Source: Phycisphaerae bacterium
GTDB lineage: Bacteria > Planctomycetota > Phycisphaerae > UBA1845
NCBI GenBank assembly: GCA_963666835.2
Contig: CAXXGO010000006.1
Coordinates: forward strand, 1,440,001 to 1,504,000
Direction of reading: 5' to 3'
DNA: 64,000 nucleotides
Both the position numbers and the translations under genes were made by a program. The notes under the pieces are model-generated. The model was not told the origin of the DNA, made no database searches, and worked only from the letters and a program-made list of their open reading frames with translations. This document shows, piece by piece, positions 8,902 through 18,761 of this stretch; within the stretch, counting starts at the first letter, position 1, and the number at the start of each line of letters is the position of its first letter.

Positions 8902-9999
8902 ATGAGTGATTTCTCGGTTCGCAGACATGGTAGCGTTATGCGCGCAAGCGCGTGCGCATTGGTTGGGGTATTACTGCTCGGGTCGCTTTCCGTTCTGGAA
9001 GCGCAAACGCCGCAGAAGGACCCGGCGGCGGCGGACATTGAGCGGATACAGAAGGACTACGTCGAGGCGTATCAGCAGAAGGACTGGCCGCGGGCCGTCG
9101 AGCTGTGCCTCGAGTTCAACCGACTGGTTCCCGACAACAGCAGGCACCAGTACAACCTGGGCTGCGTTTACTCGCTTAATGGGGAGCCGGATAAGGCCGT
9201 CAAATGGCTCAATCGGGCGGCCGCGAACGGCTTCTCGTTGCTGAGGCTGTTCGAAAACGATTCTGATCTTGACAATGTGCGATCGCACCCGGGGTACTTA
9301 GAGGCGCTGGCGGTTGTTAAGGAGACCCGGGCTAAGGAGCTTGTTGCGCTGCGGGCGAAGTTCGAGAACGTGCCTATGCACGTCGTGCTTCCGCCCAACT
9401 TCGACAAGGACAAGGCCACCCCGTTGATCGTGGCCTTGCACGGAAAGGGTGGCAGGGCTACGGGGATCGCCGGCCAATGGCGTAAGCTGGCGGCCGAGAT
9501 GGGGGCGATACTCATTGCCCCACAGGCGGTGACCCGGCACGGCGGCGGGTTCAGTTGGAACAAGGCGGATACCAACTACGACTATGGAGATAACGCGGAG
9601 TTCCTGCTAGGGCTGACTGTCGAATTCGCCTCGAAGAACTATCGAATCGACTGGGACCGGGCGGTATTGACCGGCTTTTCCGAGGGGGGAGCGGTCTGTC
9701 GATCGGTCGGACCCCGCCCGCCCCACGTGTTCGCCGGCGTTATCCCGATGGGGTGTGATTATCTCCCCGAGTTCGACAAGCCCACCCCGGCCGTCGGCTC
9801 CCGAGCGCCGAGATTTTACTTCATGGCCGGGGCGCTGGATCCCGTAGTCCCGGCCGACCAACAGCGTCTGGCGGCCAAGGACTTCACGGCCGCCGGCTTC
9901 GAGACGGAGTATTTCATCTACCCGAACGTCGGCCACGCGTTCCCGCTCAACCGGGACGAGGAATTGCGGAAGGCAGTCGAGTTTGTGTTGCAGCGGTAG
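8902..9999 (+). CDS. Secreted TPR + alpha/beta hydrolase (phospholipase/carboxylesterase-like)
   Basis: Signal peptide; YNLGCVYSLNGEPDKAVKWL TPR; LIVALHG, GFSEGG nucleophile elbow, D in ALDPVV, H in VGHAF. Start 8902 or 8938. Confidence 0.85.
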   Translation: MSDFSVRRHGSVMRASACALVGVLLLGSLSVLEAQTPQKDPAAADIERIQKDYVEAYQQKDWPRAVELCLEFNRLVPDNSRHQYNLGCVYSLNGEPDKAVKWLNRAAANGFSLLRLFENDSDLDNVRSHPGYLEALAVVKETRAKELVALRAKFENVPMHVVLPPNFDKDKATPLIVALHGKGGRATGIAGQWRKLAAEMGAILIAPQAVTRHGGGFSWNKADTNYDYGDNAEFLLGLTVEFASKNYRIDWDRAVLTGFSEGGAVCRSVGPRPPHVFAGVIPMGCDYLPEFDKPTPAVGSRAPRFYFMAGALDPVVPADQQRLAAKDFTAAGFETEYFIYPNVGHAFPLNRDEELRKAVEFVLQR

Positions 10000-10177
10000 G
10001 CAGCCGTTGATGAAGGCAGTCTGAAGTGACGCGATGTGACACCGTGATCGGTGCATCGAAAGACGTAGCTCTTGGTCGCCGATCACTGGTGGAGTTTCGC
10101 TTTGTGACCGGGGGGCAGCTCGATCGGAGAGACGGTTCCAGGCCGGGATGTCTCACCCGCCGCTTTTGTTGCGTTGC

Positions 10178-10206
10178 TTGAACATGCGGCTCGATTGTGC
10201 TATCCT
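10178..10206 (+). promoter_or_regulatory. Sigma-70-type promoter for the S8 peptidase
   Basis: TTGAAC-N17-TATCCT with TGn extended -10, about 90 nt before ATG 10298. Confidence 0.45.
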
Positions 10207-10297
10207 AATCGTTGCATCATACGGTTGGTGGAGCAGGGTCCGATTTTGACCGGCAGGGTCGGTCGTATCCGCGGGGAAACGGACGAGGGGAAGAGGC

Positions 10298-12451
10298 ATG
10301 CGTGGTTTACTATCCCGACGGCTTGTCTTGGTGGTTCTTGGTGCCGGTGTTCTCATTGCATTGTCGAACACGGCAGAGGCCGAGCCTGCGGCGGAATTGC
10401 AGAGCACGCTCGTCGCTCGTTCATGGCAAGCGCCTCCTGAGGGTCTGGATTGCCCCGCCGGCCTGATTGACAGGCGTGATGTCGTTGCCCACCCGGACCA
10501 TCGCAGTGACACTACTAATATGACGGCGCTATCCGTCGACATCGTGGACCGGTATGGCGACCCCATCACGGCATCGGCAGGGCATAGCTTCTGGGTGCGC
10601 ATCACGTTCGAGTACGTGAATCCGACTTGTGAAGACTATGCTATTCGCCGCACAGTCAATGGCTGGTCGAACACGGCGCCGGAGGGCAACTGGGGTTGCG
10701 GATACAGTGGGTCGACCTGGTGGTACCACTATTGGGGACCGTGGGTCATGCACCACGGCGGCATCTACTCGACCACCGTTACCCTCGACGCAAATAACGC
10801 CATCGCCGAGTCTAACGAATTCGACAACACCCTAACGATTGATTTCCCCGTGTCCGGGGACGTTACGGAGGAGTGGGATCTGGTGCACGCCGAGGCTGGG
10901 GTTCAGTTGCTCGGAGACGGCACCGACGTGATCGTCGGCACGATGGACGACGCTTTCGACTACATTCATCCTTGGTTTGCAGGAACCGATTCGGTTGGTC
11001 GTCCGCGGCTGGTGGCCTCTCACCAGAACGCCCTGGGCTTGGGAGGCAGTCCAGTCAACTCCTTGCACGCGACCGGAGTCATGGGCATCGTGTTGGCTCG
11101 CGGCACAAACGTTGGGGACGTCACTGGTTTGGCACCTGATGCCCGCTATGTTACGGCCGAGTTCATCAACCGCGCCGAAATACCCGGGCATCCCGTTATG
11201 CACGTGCTGGACGCGGTGGGTTTTCTTGTGGATCACGACGTCGATGTGATAAACATGAGTTGGTCTTGGTGGTCGGGTACAGGGGCGGCTTCGGAAAGCG
11301 GGGAGACGGCGTGGACGAACCTGATGGCCGATTATCTGGCGTATGACCGGAACATCGTTTGTGTGGCAGCGGTCAATCAGTTGGACGCTTATGTGCGGCC
11401 GACGGCGCCGGGCTCGTCTCGAAACGTCATCACCGTTGGCGGGCTTGACGACAGTCTTGAGCGCGCATGGGGCCAGCAAGACTACGGTCCAACACTCGAT
11501 GGCCGCTGCAAGCCGGATCTACTCGGTAACGACTCCGCCAACGCCGTAACGTCGAATCCGCATTGGAGGAACGGTATTCCCGCGGCGGAGGGTTGGTGCG
11601 GAACGAGTTTCGCGACCCCGTTTGTGACGGGTGCCGTCGCACAGATGCTCGATTACGCGAGGCATCACGGGCAGAACGAGGACCATCGAGTCATCAAGGC
11701 CGTCATTATGAACTCAGCCGCCAAGGCGTTGGACGATGACGGCAGCTCGTGGTCACATTCCGAGACGGTTCCGCTCGACAACCAACAGGGCACCGGAGTG
11801 CTCGATTTGGAGCGAGTGCATGCTATGTACTCCGCCGGTCAGCAGGCGGCGGGTACCGTGGTCGTGCCGGGCTACGACTTCGCTATGATTGTCGGGACTG
11901 CTGCCGAGCCACCGTCCGGGGGAGAGGTTGTCTATGTTCTTGGCTGTCCGGTGGCCTTTCAGGCTGAACTGGAAGCGACGCTCGTTTGGGATCGTCACGC
12001 GTTGTGGTACGACGCTAACGACAACGATGTGATCGACTCCAGTGACACGTTCTACCATGATTACTGGGACGCGCAGGACAACTTAGATCTGACCTTGTAC
12101 CGCGACGGCGTTCCGGTGGCTTCATCGTGCAGCACGATCGACAATGTGGAGCACATCTATGTTCCCGATGCTCCGCAAGGCCTCTATCAACTTGTCGTTC
12201 AGCGACTGGCGGTACCCAACTCCGGAGCCGATGAGGATTTCGCTCTGGCCTGGGATTCGACAGTCTCTTGGGCCTTCCCGGATGTGGACCACGACATGGA
12301 CGTCGATCTGGCAGACTTTGCCCGCTTTCAACGTTGCTGCCATACTTCTACAGCGGAGTGTTTGGAGGACTTTGATTTCAACCGTTCGGGCAACGTTGAC
12401 CTTGGCGAGTTTGCGGTGATCTACGCCACAATGATCGGAGTGGCTCCGTAG
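10298..12451 (+). CDS. Secreted S8 subtilisin-like peptidase with CARDB-like region and dockerin-like C-terminus
   Basis: Triad motifs GTMDD, HATGVMG, GTSFATP; KPDLL; DANNAIAESNEFDNT; DVDHDMDVDLADF...DFNRSGNVDLGEF. Confidence 0.9.
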   Translation: MRGLLSRRLVLVVLGAGVLIALSNTAEAEPAAELQSTLVARSWQAPPEGLDCPAGLIDRRDVVAHPDHRSDTTNMTALSVDIVDRYGDPITASAGHSFWVRITFEYVNPTCEDYAIRRTVNGWSNTAPEGNWGCGYSGSTWWYHYWGPWVMHHGGIYSTTVTLDANNAIAESNEFDNTLTIDFPVSGDVTEEWDLVHAEAGVQLLGDGTDVIVGTMDDAFDYIHPWFAGTDSVGRPRLVASHQNALGLGGSPVNSLHATGVMGIVLARGTNVGDVTGLAPDARYVTAEFINRAEIPGHPVMHVLDAVGFLVDHDVDVINMSWSWWSGTGAASESGETAWTNLMADYLAYDRNIVCVAAVNQLDAYVRPTAPGSSRNVITVGGLDDSLERAWGQQDYGPTLDGRCKPDLLGNDSANAVTSNPHWRNGIPAAEGWCGTSFATPFVTGAVAQMLDYARHHGQNEDHRVIKAVIMNSAAKALDDDGSSWSHSETVPLDNQQGTGVLDLERVHAMYSAGQQAAGTVVVPGYDFAMIVGTAAEPPSGGEVVYVLGCPVAFQAELEATLVWDRHALWYDANDNDVIDSSDTFYHDYWDAQDNLDLTLYRDGVPVASSCSTIDNVEHIYVPDAPQGLYQLVVQRLAVPNSGADEDFALAWDSTVSWAFPDVDHDMDVDLADFARFQRCCHTSTAECLEDFDFNRSGNVDLGEFAVIYATMIGVAP

Positions 12452-12473
12452 CACGGGATGACGGGCGATGCGC

Positions 12474-12677
12474 TCACGGCGCGAGCGGATTGCCGCATCG
12501 CGGGCAAAGTGCGGCTGCCCCGGGGAGGCTGCACCCGCAAAGAGGACAGAGGGCGGCGGGAGATGCTGCGGACCACTTCATCTTTGTGATTATGTAAGCT
12601 GCAAGCGACCCGACACCCATCGATCCGACGCAGAGGAACGGTATGATCAGAAACGCGATTACCGCAGTGGAGGTCAC
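12474..12677 (-). CDS. Small membrane zinc-ribbon protein (67 aa)
   Basis: GGAGG 10 nt before GTG 12677; TM segment VIAFLIIPFLCVGSMGVGSLAAYII, then CPLCGCSLPGAAALCPRCG. Confidence 0.6.
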   Translation of the reverse strand: MTSTAVIAFLIIPFLCVGSMGVGSLAAYIITKMKWSAASPAALCPLCGCSLPGAAALCPRCGNPLAP

Positions 12678-12711
12678 TTCGCTTTCGCCTCCAACTCCTC
12701 CCAACGGGCGG

Positions 12712-12907
12712 GGTGGCCCATGTCCTTTTGTGTTTAGAGCGCGTTGCGGTTTGTCGCAGGTCATACGGCGCCAAACACGTTGGACATGGGGGAGCCGATG
12801 ATATGCGCGCGCCAGTGCGGCCGGTCTCGTAGCGCAGGCATCTTGCCTGCAGTATGGTGCATAACACACGGTATCACGGCAGGTCTCGTTCCTCGAGCAT
12901 GCCCTAC
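12712..12907. repeat. Single diverged copy of the composite repeat arrayed at 58-59 kb, plus two REP types
   Basis: GGTGGCCCATGTCC...CCAAACACGTTGGACATGGGGGAGCCGATGA matches the 58.2-59.0 kb units; GTAGCGCAGGCATCTTGCCTGC at 12829-12850; REP at 12878-12907. Confidence 0.8.
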
Positions 12908-12949
12908 GACCTGGGGTCACGGTTACATCGAAGATCAACGGGGTCGTGG

Positions 12950-13066
12950 CGTTGTTCAACCCGCTTCGGGGTTGGTGCGGGAAGGGGCTTTGTGACCCAG
13001 GGTGGCACTGCGCGGCTACGCCGCTTCGTTTACCCTGGGCTTTGTTGTTGAACGCCTTCGGCGTAC
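12950..13066. repeat. Palindromic non-coding element
   Basis: CAACCCGCTTCGGGGTTG hairpin; CCCAGGGT...ACCCTGGG stem; ACGCCTTCGGCGT hairpin. Confidence 0.5.
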
Positions 13067-13093
13067 GTTCGGAAGATGCACGTCGCACATAGA

Positions 13094-13237
13094 GTAACCG
13101 TTCACGGGGTCCACACCCTGAAAAACAAGGGCTTTTCGTCGCAGTCGGTTCAGAAAAGTGCTCGAATCAGGTCCGCGGCGCCTGCAAAAACGCCGTCTGG
13201 AGAGCGCCAGGGTCGATTCGACCCCGTGAACGGTTAC
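13094..13237. mobile_element. MITE, 144 bp, with perfect 18-bp terminal inverted repeats
   Basis: GTAACCGTTCACGGGGTC (13094-13111) and GACCCCGTGAACGGTTAC (13220-13237); flanks CACATAGA and CACAAAGA (7/8 match, likely target-site duplication). Confidence 0.8.
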
Positions 13238-13289
13238 CACAAAGAACACGGCAGGTCTCGTGCCTCGACCTGCCCTGCGCGCTGCGTCA

Positions 13290-13760
13290 TCAAACTGTGT
13301 CTATATCCACACAGTACTCTCCCACAGGTTCCTTCAAGTTGCGGTGAGCACACGCCCAACGAATCAACTGGTCCCCATCGTAATCCGCTGGAGACAGTTT
13401 TCTCATTTGATTGTAATACGTTTCCGTGCTGATCACGCCTGAATCATGTTTCTCCGTCAACCGTCTTATCTCGTCGAACTCCAACGCGAAGACAGTACGC
13501 TCAACAAGACAGGACTGGCCTACTGTCACAAGCTCAAAGAAACGTCGGACTCGCGAGTGCCGACTCGCATCGCCTTCAGCTTCTTCGTACTGAACGTAGG
13601 ACAGGAAAACAGAGAGCACGTTCTCCAGCTTGGGCTCCAATTCCAGATCCGACTCTGCTTCGTAGTATTCGTACACGAAGCGCCGGACATCAGAGAACTC
13701 GCTTCTCCCCATCAGATAATCCCGAATACGCGACAGCAATTGCTCAAGGGTAAGCAACAT
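13290..13760 (-). CDS. Hypothetical protein, more AT-rich than the flanks
   Basis: 156-aa helical-looking ORF with a purine-rich SD (GGGACGAGG). Confidence 0.7.
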   Translation of the reverse strand: MLLTLEQLLSRIRDYLMGRSEFSDVRRFVYEYYEAESDLELEPKLENVLSVFLSYVQYEEAEGDASRHSRVRRFFELVTVGQSCLVERTVFALEFDEIRRLTEKHDSGVISTETYYNQMRKLSPADYDGDQLIRWACAHRNLKEPVGEYCVDIDTV

Positions 13761-13778
13761 CCTCGTCCCTTTGCATCT

Positions 13779-13940
13779 TCACATTCCGAGTCGCCGCCGA
13801 GCCTCGACTGCGGATACTGTTGACGCCGCGTCAGGGAACGTCATCGTTATTGAGCCCGGCTTGAAGGTGATAAGAACTCGTCTTTCATGTTGATCTTCCT
13901 GTTGCCTAACAGTAAACGGCAGAGTCACGGAGTACCGCAC
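13779..13940 (-). CDS. Small hypothetical protein (53 aa), below the ORF-track cutoff
   Basis: AAAGGAGG 5 nt before GTG 13940; MRYSVTLPFTVRQQEDQHERRVLITFKPGSITMTFPDAASTVSAVEARRRLGM; stops 18 nt before the next ORF. Confidence 0.55.
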   Translation of the reverse strand: MRYSVTLPFTVRQQEDQHERRVLITFKPGSITMTFPDAASTVSAVEARRRLGM

Positions 13941-13962
13941 ATTGGCCTCCTTTCATAATTAC

Positions 13963-13992
13963 GGCAGGTCTCGTTCCTCGACCATGCCCTAC
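13963..13992 (-). repeat. GTAG-type REP
   Basis: GGCAGGTCTCGTTCCTCGACCATGCCCTAC; a partner copy lies at 13250-13278. Confidence 0.8.
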
Positions 13993-14081
13993 GAGTAGAG
14001 AAGTGACCGGATTCTGGCACATACACGGGTCAACAAGCTAACCCTTGCCACCCGACCCGGGTCCCTCCTTTACCGCAGACG

Positions 14082-15887
14082 TCACCGCGCCTTTGCCTCC
14101 AGCTCTTCCCAGCGGGCGTAAAGGGCCTCGACGTGCTTGCGGGCGGCCTCGGACTCTTCCCAGCGCTTCTGAACCTCCGCCAGATCGTCCGCGACTGCCG
14201 GATCGGCCATCGCCCGGCGGCATTGCTCGGCGTACTCGTCGGCCTCCAGGATGGTCTCTTCCATGTTCTCGAGTTCTTTCTTCTCGCTGGCGGTCAGACC
14301 GCCGCGATCCACCCGCTTCCGCGGCTTCTTCGGCTTACCCTCAGCAGCGTCCTTGCTTCTGGCCCCGGCCGGCGGAGTCTGGTTGGCTTGCCAATGCGCG
14401 CAATCGGTATACTTGCCGACTCTACCACCGCCGTTCAGCCCCAGAATCTCCGTGGATATCCGATCGAGCATGAACCGGTCGTGGGTGACCAACACAATCG
14501 CCCCGGGAAACTCCGTCAGGCTTTCCTCGAGCACGTCGAGCGACGCGATATCCAGATCGTTCGTCGGCTCGTCCAGAATCAACACGTCGGCGGGGCGGAG
14601 CATCAGGCGGGCGATCAGAATCCGGGCCTGCTCGCCGCCCGATAGTTCGCTCACCGGCATGTCGAGCTGTTCGACGCGAAAGAGAAACCGCTTCGCCCAC
14701 GCGGTTATGTGCGTATTGCGACCGCGAAAATCGACGCTGTCGCCCGCCGGCGCCAGCGCCCGCCGCAACGGTATGTCTTGCGGGAGTTGTTCGCGTTGCT
14801 GATCGAACACGACGATCCGCAGATTGTCGGCCTGCCTGACGGTTCCTTCGTCCGGCGGCAGATCGCCCGTTAAAACTCGAATCAACGTGGTCTTTCCGCT
14901 GCCGTTCAGGCCGAGCAGCCCGAGGCGCGTTCCCGGCGTCAAGACCAGCGAAACGTCTTTGAACAGGAGCCGGCCGCCGAGCGTCTTGGCGAGCCCGCGA
15001 GCCTCCAGCAGCTTTCGCGTCTGCCGGCCGGTGCCGTCGAAGTCGATCCCGGCCGCGGCGTTTTGGGTGTTGCGGGTTTGAAGTTCGCGCAGCTCGTCCT
15101 TCAGGCGATAGGCCTCATCGATTCGCGACTTGGATTTTGAGCGCCGTGCCTTGGCGTGCGATTTGAGGAACGCCACCTCGCGCCGCACGACGTTGGTCAG
15201 CGTTACCTGCCGGGCCTGCTGAGCTTCGAGGAAGTCGGCCCGCTTCTCGATGAACTTGCTGTACGGACCTTCCACGCTGAAGAACCCCTCCGGGTATACG
15301 GGGTTGAGTTCGAGGACCCGAGTGGTTACCCGTTCCAGGAAGTAGCGATCGTGGCTGACCACCAGACAAGCGAACGGCGCGCGGAGCAACATCTCTTCGA
15401 GCCATAGGATCCCCTCGATATCCAGGTGGTTCGTGGGCTCGTCCATCAGCAGCAGGTCCGGGTTACGGATGACCGCCCGCGCGAGAGCCAAGCGCTTACG
15501 CCAGCCGCCGGAGAGCTTCTCCACCTCGGTTTGCTCCCGGTCGAACCCGAACCTGCTGAGCGTGATGTTCACCTGGGTGTCGCGTTCGTACGCTTGCGAG
15601 TATTGGTCTGCGACGGCGTCGGCCAGGACCGTCCCAACCGTAGCCTGGGCCGGGAACACGTCCTCTTGCGGCAGATATGCGATGCGGGCCGACCGGCGCC
15701 GGCTGATCTCACCGCCGTCGGTGTGCTCGAGGTCGGCCAGGATCTTGAGAAAGGTCGTCTTGCCCGCGCCATTTGGCCCGAGGAACCCGACCCGTTCGCC
15801 ATCGGAGAAACTGACGGAGAGCCCGGCGAAGAGTTCGCGGGTACCAAAGGTTTTTGAAACCGCCCGGCATGTCAACAACACGGCCAT
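14082..15887 (-). CDS. uup: ABC-F family ATPase (Uup-like)
   Basis: Two NBDs (GPNGAGKTT/LSGGW/DEPTNHLD and GLNGSGKTT/LSGGE/DEPTNDLD), no TM segments, C-terminal coiled coil ending LYARWEELE. Confidence 0.9.
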   Translation of the reverse strand: MAVLLTCRAVSKTFGTRELFAGLSVSFSDGERVGFLGPNGAGKTTFLKILADLEHTDGGEISRRRSARIAYLPQEDVFPAQATVGTVLADAVADQYSQAYERDTQVNITLSRFGFDREQTEVEKLSGGWRKRLALARAVIRNPDLLLMDEPTNHLDIEGILWLEEMLLRAPFACLVVSHDRYFLERVTTRVLELNPVYPEGFFSVEGPYSKFIEKRADFLEAQQARQVTLTNVVRREVAFLKSHAKARRSKSKSRIDEAYRLKDELRELQTRNTQNAAAGIDFDGTGRQTRKLLEARGLAKTLGGRLLFKDVSLVLTPGTRLGLLGLNGSGKTTLIRVLTGDLPPDEGTVRQADNLRIVVFDQQREQLPQDIPLRRALAPAGDSVDFRGRNTHITAWAKRFLFRVEQLDMPVSELSGGEQARILIARLMLRPADVLILDEPTNDLDIASLDVLEESLTEFPGAIVLVTHDRFMLDRISTEILGLNGGGRVGKYTDCAHWQANQTPPAGARSKDAAEGKPKKPRKRVDRGGLTASEKKELENMEETILEADEYAEQCRRAMADPAVADDLAEVQKRWEESEAARKHVEALYARWEELEAKAR

Positions 15888-16099
15888 GGATGTTCCTGTT
15901 TGCTCGGTCTTCCGGCGATCATCACCGGAACCTCCGTTCGACGATTCACGCTAACGCGGACTACGAGTGCCGTTTCCAGTAAGGTCGTGCAGAATCTTCC
16001 CCCCTTGCCGAGAGCCTGTCCAGGTGTCGAGCTCGAAGCCTGCCTCACGGGCTAACGGCCGTCCGGGAGCGTGAGAGGGTGTGTAGAACAACGAGGCTG

Positions 16100-17035
16100 T
16101 CAGGCGGGGGCTAGTTCGTAGATGTAGTAGGAGACGAAGCACTCCCCGATGAGTGGGAGCGGCAGCAGAACCCGAGTAGCTCTGCTCAGCGGCGACCCAC
16201 TGAACCCGTGGGTCTCGCACCGTACGATACGCAACCCGGCTTCGGCTGCGCATGTTTCGAATTGCGGGCGGGTGATCTTGTTGAGGAAGGGCTCACAGCT
16301 TTGGATCGCACGCCATTTGTTGGGTTTCTTCGTGCCGGTGGCCGGGTCGCGGTCCCAGATCCGCGGGGTGAACTCCGGGTCGTCGTACAGTTCCGCGCAC
16401 GTTTCGAATAAGGTCTTCTCCGGGCAGAGCAGATGCACCCACGGAAGAGGGATCAGGGAATCCAGATGATGCCCGTACGGGCCCTTCCACGGCGACCACC
16501 AGATCCAGATCCGCCCGTTAGGGCGAAGGACTCGCCGCCACTGTCCGGCGATGGCCGGCATGTTCGGGATATGCTCCACCACGTCGAAACAGCAGATCAG
16601 ATCTACACTGGAGTCGTCGCAGGGAATGACGTCTTCCGTCTCGTTGCACAAGAACCGAATCGAAGATTCGCACGGGACGCACGATTCCCTGGCCTTGCCG
16701 ATTGCGTCGGAAGACATATCCACGCCCGTGACGCTCTTGGCTTGGTGCTCCGCGAGAAGTCGGGTTAGCTCTCCGGTCCCGCAGCCGAAATCGAGAACAT
16801 CGCGGTTGGCAATCCCCTGAACCGGGAAGTGTTCGGTCAACTGCTGCCCTAGCTCGGCCATGCGCCAGTCGCGGTAGCGTGACGTGCTTGTGGTCCGGAC
16901 GGTCTGGTCGCGCGCCGAGCCCAATCGTCGCCGAGCCCATCGCGCCGCGCGGTAGAGCAAATGCCCTCGCCACCCCAGACGCAAACGCCGCCGAGTTTCG
17001 GCGACGCGCTGCGATTGAACAGGTGTTGCTTCCAT
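16100..17035 (-). CDS. Class I SAM-dependent methyltransferase
   Basis: VLDFGCGTG, VTGVD, SVDLICCFDVVEH, RVLRPNG. Start at MEATPV after GAAGGGA. Confidence 0.85.
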   Translation of the reverse strand: MEATPVQSQRVAETRRRLRLGWRGHLLYRAARWARRRLGSARDQTVRTTSTSRYRDWRMAELGQQLTEHFPVQGIANRDVLDFGCGTGELTRLLAEHQAKSVTGVDMSSDAIGKARESCVPCESSIRFLCNETEDVIPCDDSSVDLICCFDVVEHIPNMPAIAGQWRRVLRPNGRIWIWWSPWKGPYGHHLDSLIPLPWVHLLCPEKTLFETCAELYDDPEFTPRIWDRDPATGTKKPNKWRAIQSCEPFLNKITRPQFETCAAEAGLRIVRCETHGFSGSPLSRATRVLLPLPLIGECFVSYYIYELAPA

Positions 17036-17288
17036 GCCGTCCCTTCTTGCCGTATCCGCTTCCGGCCGGACGTCGACCCGGCATGCCCGAGGAGACCCCC
17101 AAGGAAGCGGGTGCGCAGCCAATACCGGATATCGGTTGACGGAGCCAACGGTCTGAGCAGAACTCCGGCGCCCCGATCCGGGCCAAGTTCCCATAACCTG
17201 TTTCATCGGCGTTGGGCAACGGCCGATATTCAATTGGAATGCTGTCCTGATATACCGGTGGCGGCCGCGCCGAGGGTCTGTAGACGCC

Positions 17289-18734
17289 ATGCTGTTCAAC
17301 TCCATAGCGTTTCTCATCTTCTTGCCCGTTGTGTGGGCGTGCTATCACGCGCTGCGCGGGACTTCGGCCCGGTGCTATCTGCTGCTGATCGCCAGTTACG
17401 TGTTTTATATGTGGTGGCGGGTGGATTACGTGGTCCTGCTGCTGTTGTCGACGCTGACGGACTACGCCTGCGGTCGTCTGCTGGAACGCCAGTCAGACAG
17501 CCGACGAAGGCGGCTCGTGCTCGGAGCCAGCTTGGCGGTCAATCTCGGTTTGCTCGCCGGCTTCAAGTACTGGAACTTCTTCACCGGCCAGTTGAGTTCG
17601 CTGGGGCGGCTCTTCGCTCCCGATTTCGAGCTTCCCATGCTGGACGTCGTGCTGCCGATGGGCATCTCGTTCTACACCTTCCAGACTGTCGCCTACACTA
17701 TCGATGTCTATCGGGGCAAGATCGCCGCCGAGCGGAACTTAGCCCGGTTCGCGTTGTACGTGTCGTTCTTCCCCCAGCTCGTGGCCGGTCCGATTGAGCG
17801 ACCCGGCCGGCTGCTGCCGCAGATCAACACTCCGCGCGAGGCGGACGCGAGTCAGCTTGTTTCGGGCTTGCGGTTGATGCTGTGGGGGATGTTCAAGAAG
17901 GTAGTGGTGGCTGATCGGCTGGCCATTTACGTCGACATCGTGTACGCGGACGCCGGGGCTCACAACGGAGCCCAGTTGACCTTGGCCACGGTGTTCTTCG
18001 CGGTGCAGATATATTGCGATTTCTCCGGATACACGGATATCGCCATCGGTTGCGCCCGGACCTTCGGCTTCGATTTGATGAAGAACTTCCGTCGGCCTTA
18101 TCTGGCGTGGTGCCCGACGGAATTCTGGCGGCGGTGGCACATATCGCTGTCGAGCTGGTTCCGCGACTACGTATATGTGCCACTGGGGGGATCACGGTGT
18201 CCAAGAGGGCGGGCGGGCGTGAACCTGCTGGCCACGTTTCTTATAAGCGGGCTCTGGCACGGGGCGAACTGGACGTTTGTGGCCTGGGGCGCCGTCCACG
18301 GGGTGATGGTGCTGGTCGAACGGGTGATCCGGTGGATCTTCGGCATCAGGCCGGGCTCGGCAGGCGGTGGGGCGGGGACCCGGATACTGGGGACCGTAAT
18401 CACGATGAGTTTCGTGGTCGTTGCGTGGGTGTTCTTCCGTGCGGAGTCAGTGGATTCCGCGTGGTATGTTCTCACGCACATGTTCTCGGGATGGGCTCGG
18501 CAGGGGATCTCCTGCGGTCTGTACGCAACGCACCTGATTACTTCGCTGGGGCTAATCGGCGTCGTGCTGGCGTACGACGTGTGGGAGGAATGGCGCGTTG
18601 GTCATGGTGAACGCTCTTTGTGGGACACGCTGCCCACCGCGGTACGGTGGGGCGGGTATTGGTCGCTGGCGACCTGCACGTTGCTGCTGGGGCAGCTCAG
18701 CGGCACGAAGCAGTTCATCTACTTTCAGTTTTGA
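17289..18734 (+). CDS. MBOAT family O-acyltransferase (AlgI/PatA/DltB-like)
   Basis: MLFNSIAF, LPMGISFYTFQ, FFPQLVAGPIER, IYCDFSGYTDIAIG, EFWRRWHISLSSWFRDY, GLWHGA, C-terminal FIYFQF. Confidence 0.95.
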   Translation: MLFNSIAFLIFLPVVWACYHALRGTSARCYLLLIASYVFYMWWRVDYVVLLLLSTLTDYACGRLLERQSDSRRRRLVLGASLAVNLGLLAGFKYWNFFTGQLSSLGRLFAPDFELPMLDVVLPMGISFYTFQTVAYTIDVYRGKIAAERNLARFALYVSFFPQLVAGPIERPGRLLPQINTPREADASQLVSGLRLMLWGMFKKVVVADRLAIYVDIVYADAGAHNGAQLTLATVFFAVQIYCDFSGYTDIAIGCARTFGFDLMKNFRRPYLAWCPTEFWRRWHISLSSWFRDYVYVPLGGSRCPRGRAGVNLLATFLISGLWHGANWTFVAWGAVHGVMVLVERVIRWIFGIRPGSAGGGAGTRILGTVITMSFVVVAWVFFRAESVDSAWYVLTHMFSGWARQGISCGLYATHLITSLGLIGVVLAYDVWEEWRVGHGERSLWDTLPTAVRWGGYWSLATCTLLLGQLSGTKQFIYFQF

Positions 18735-18761
18735 TGGTAGTGTCTAGGTAGTGGCGTAGTA

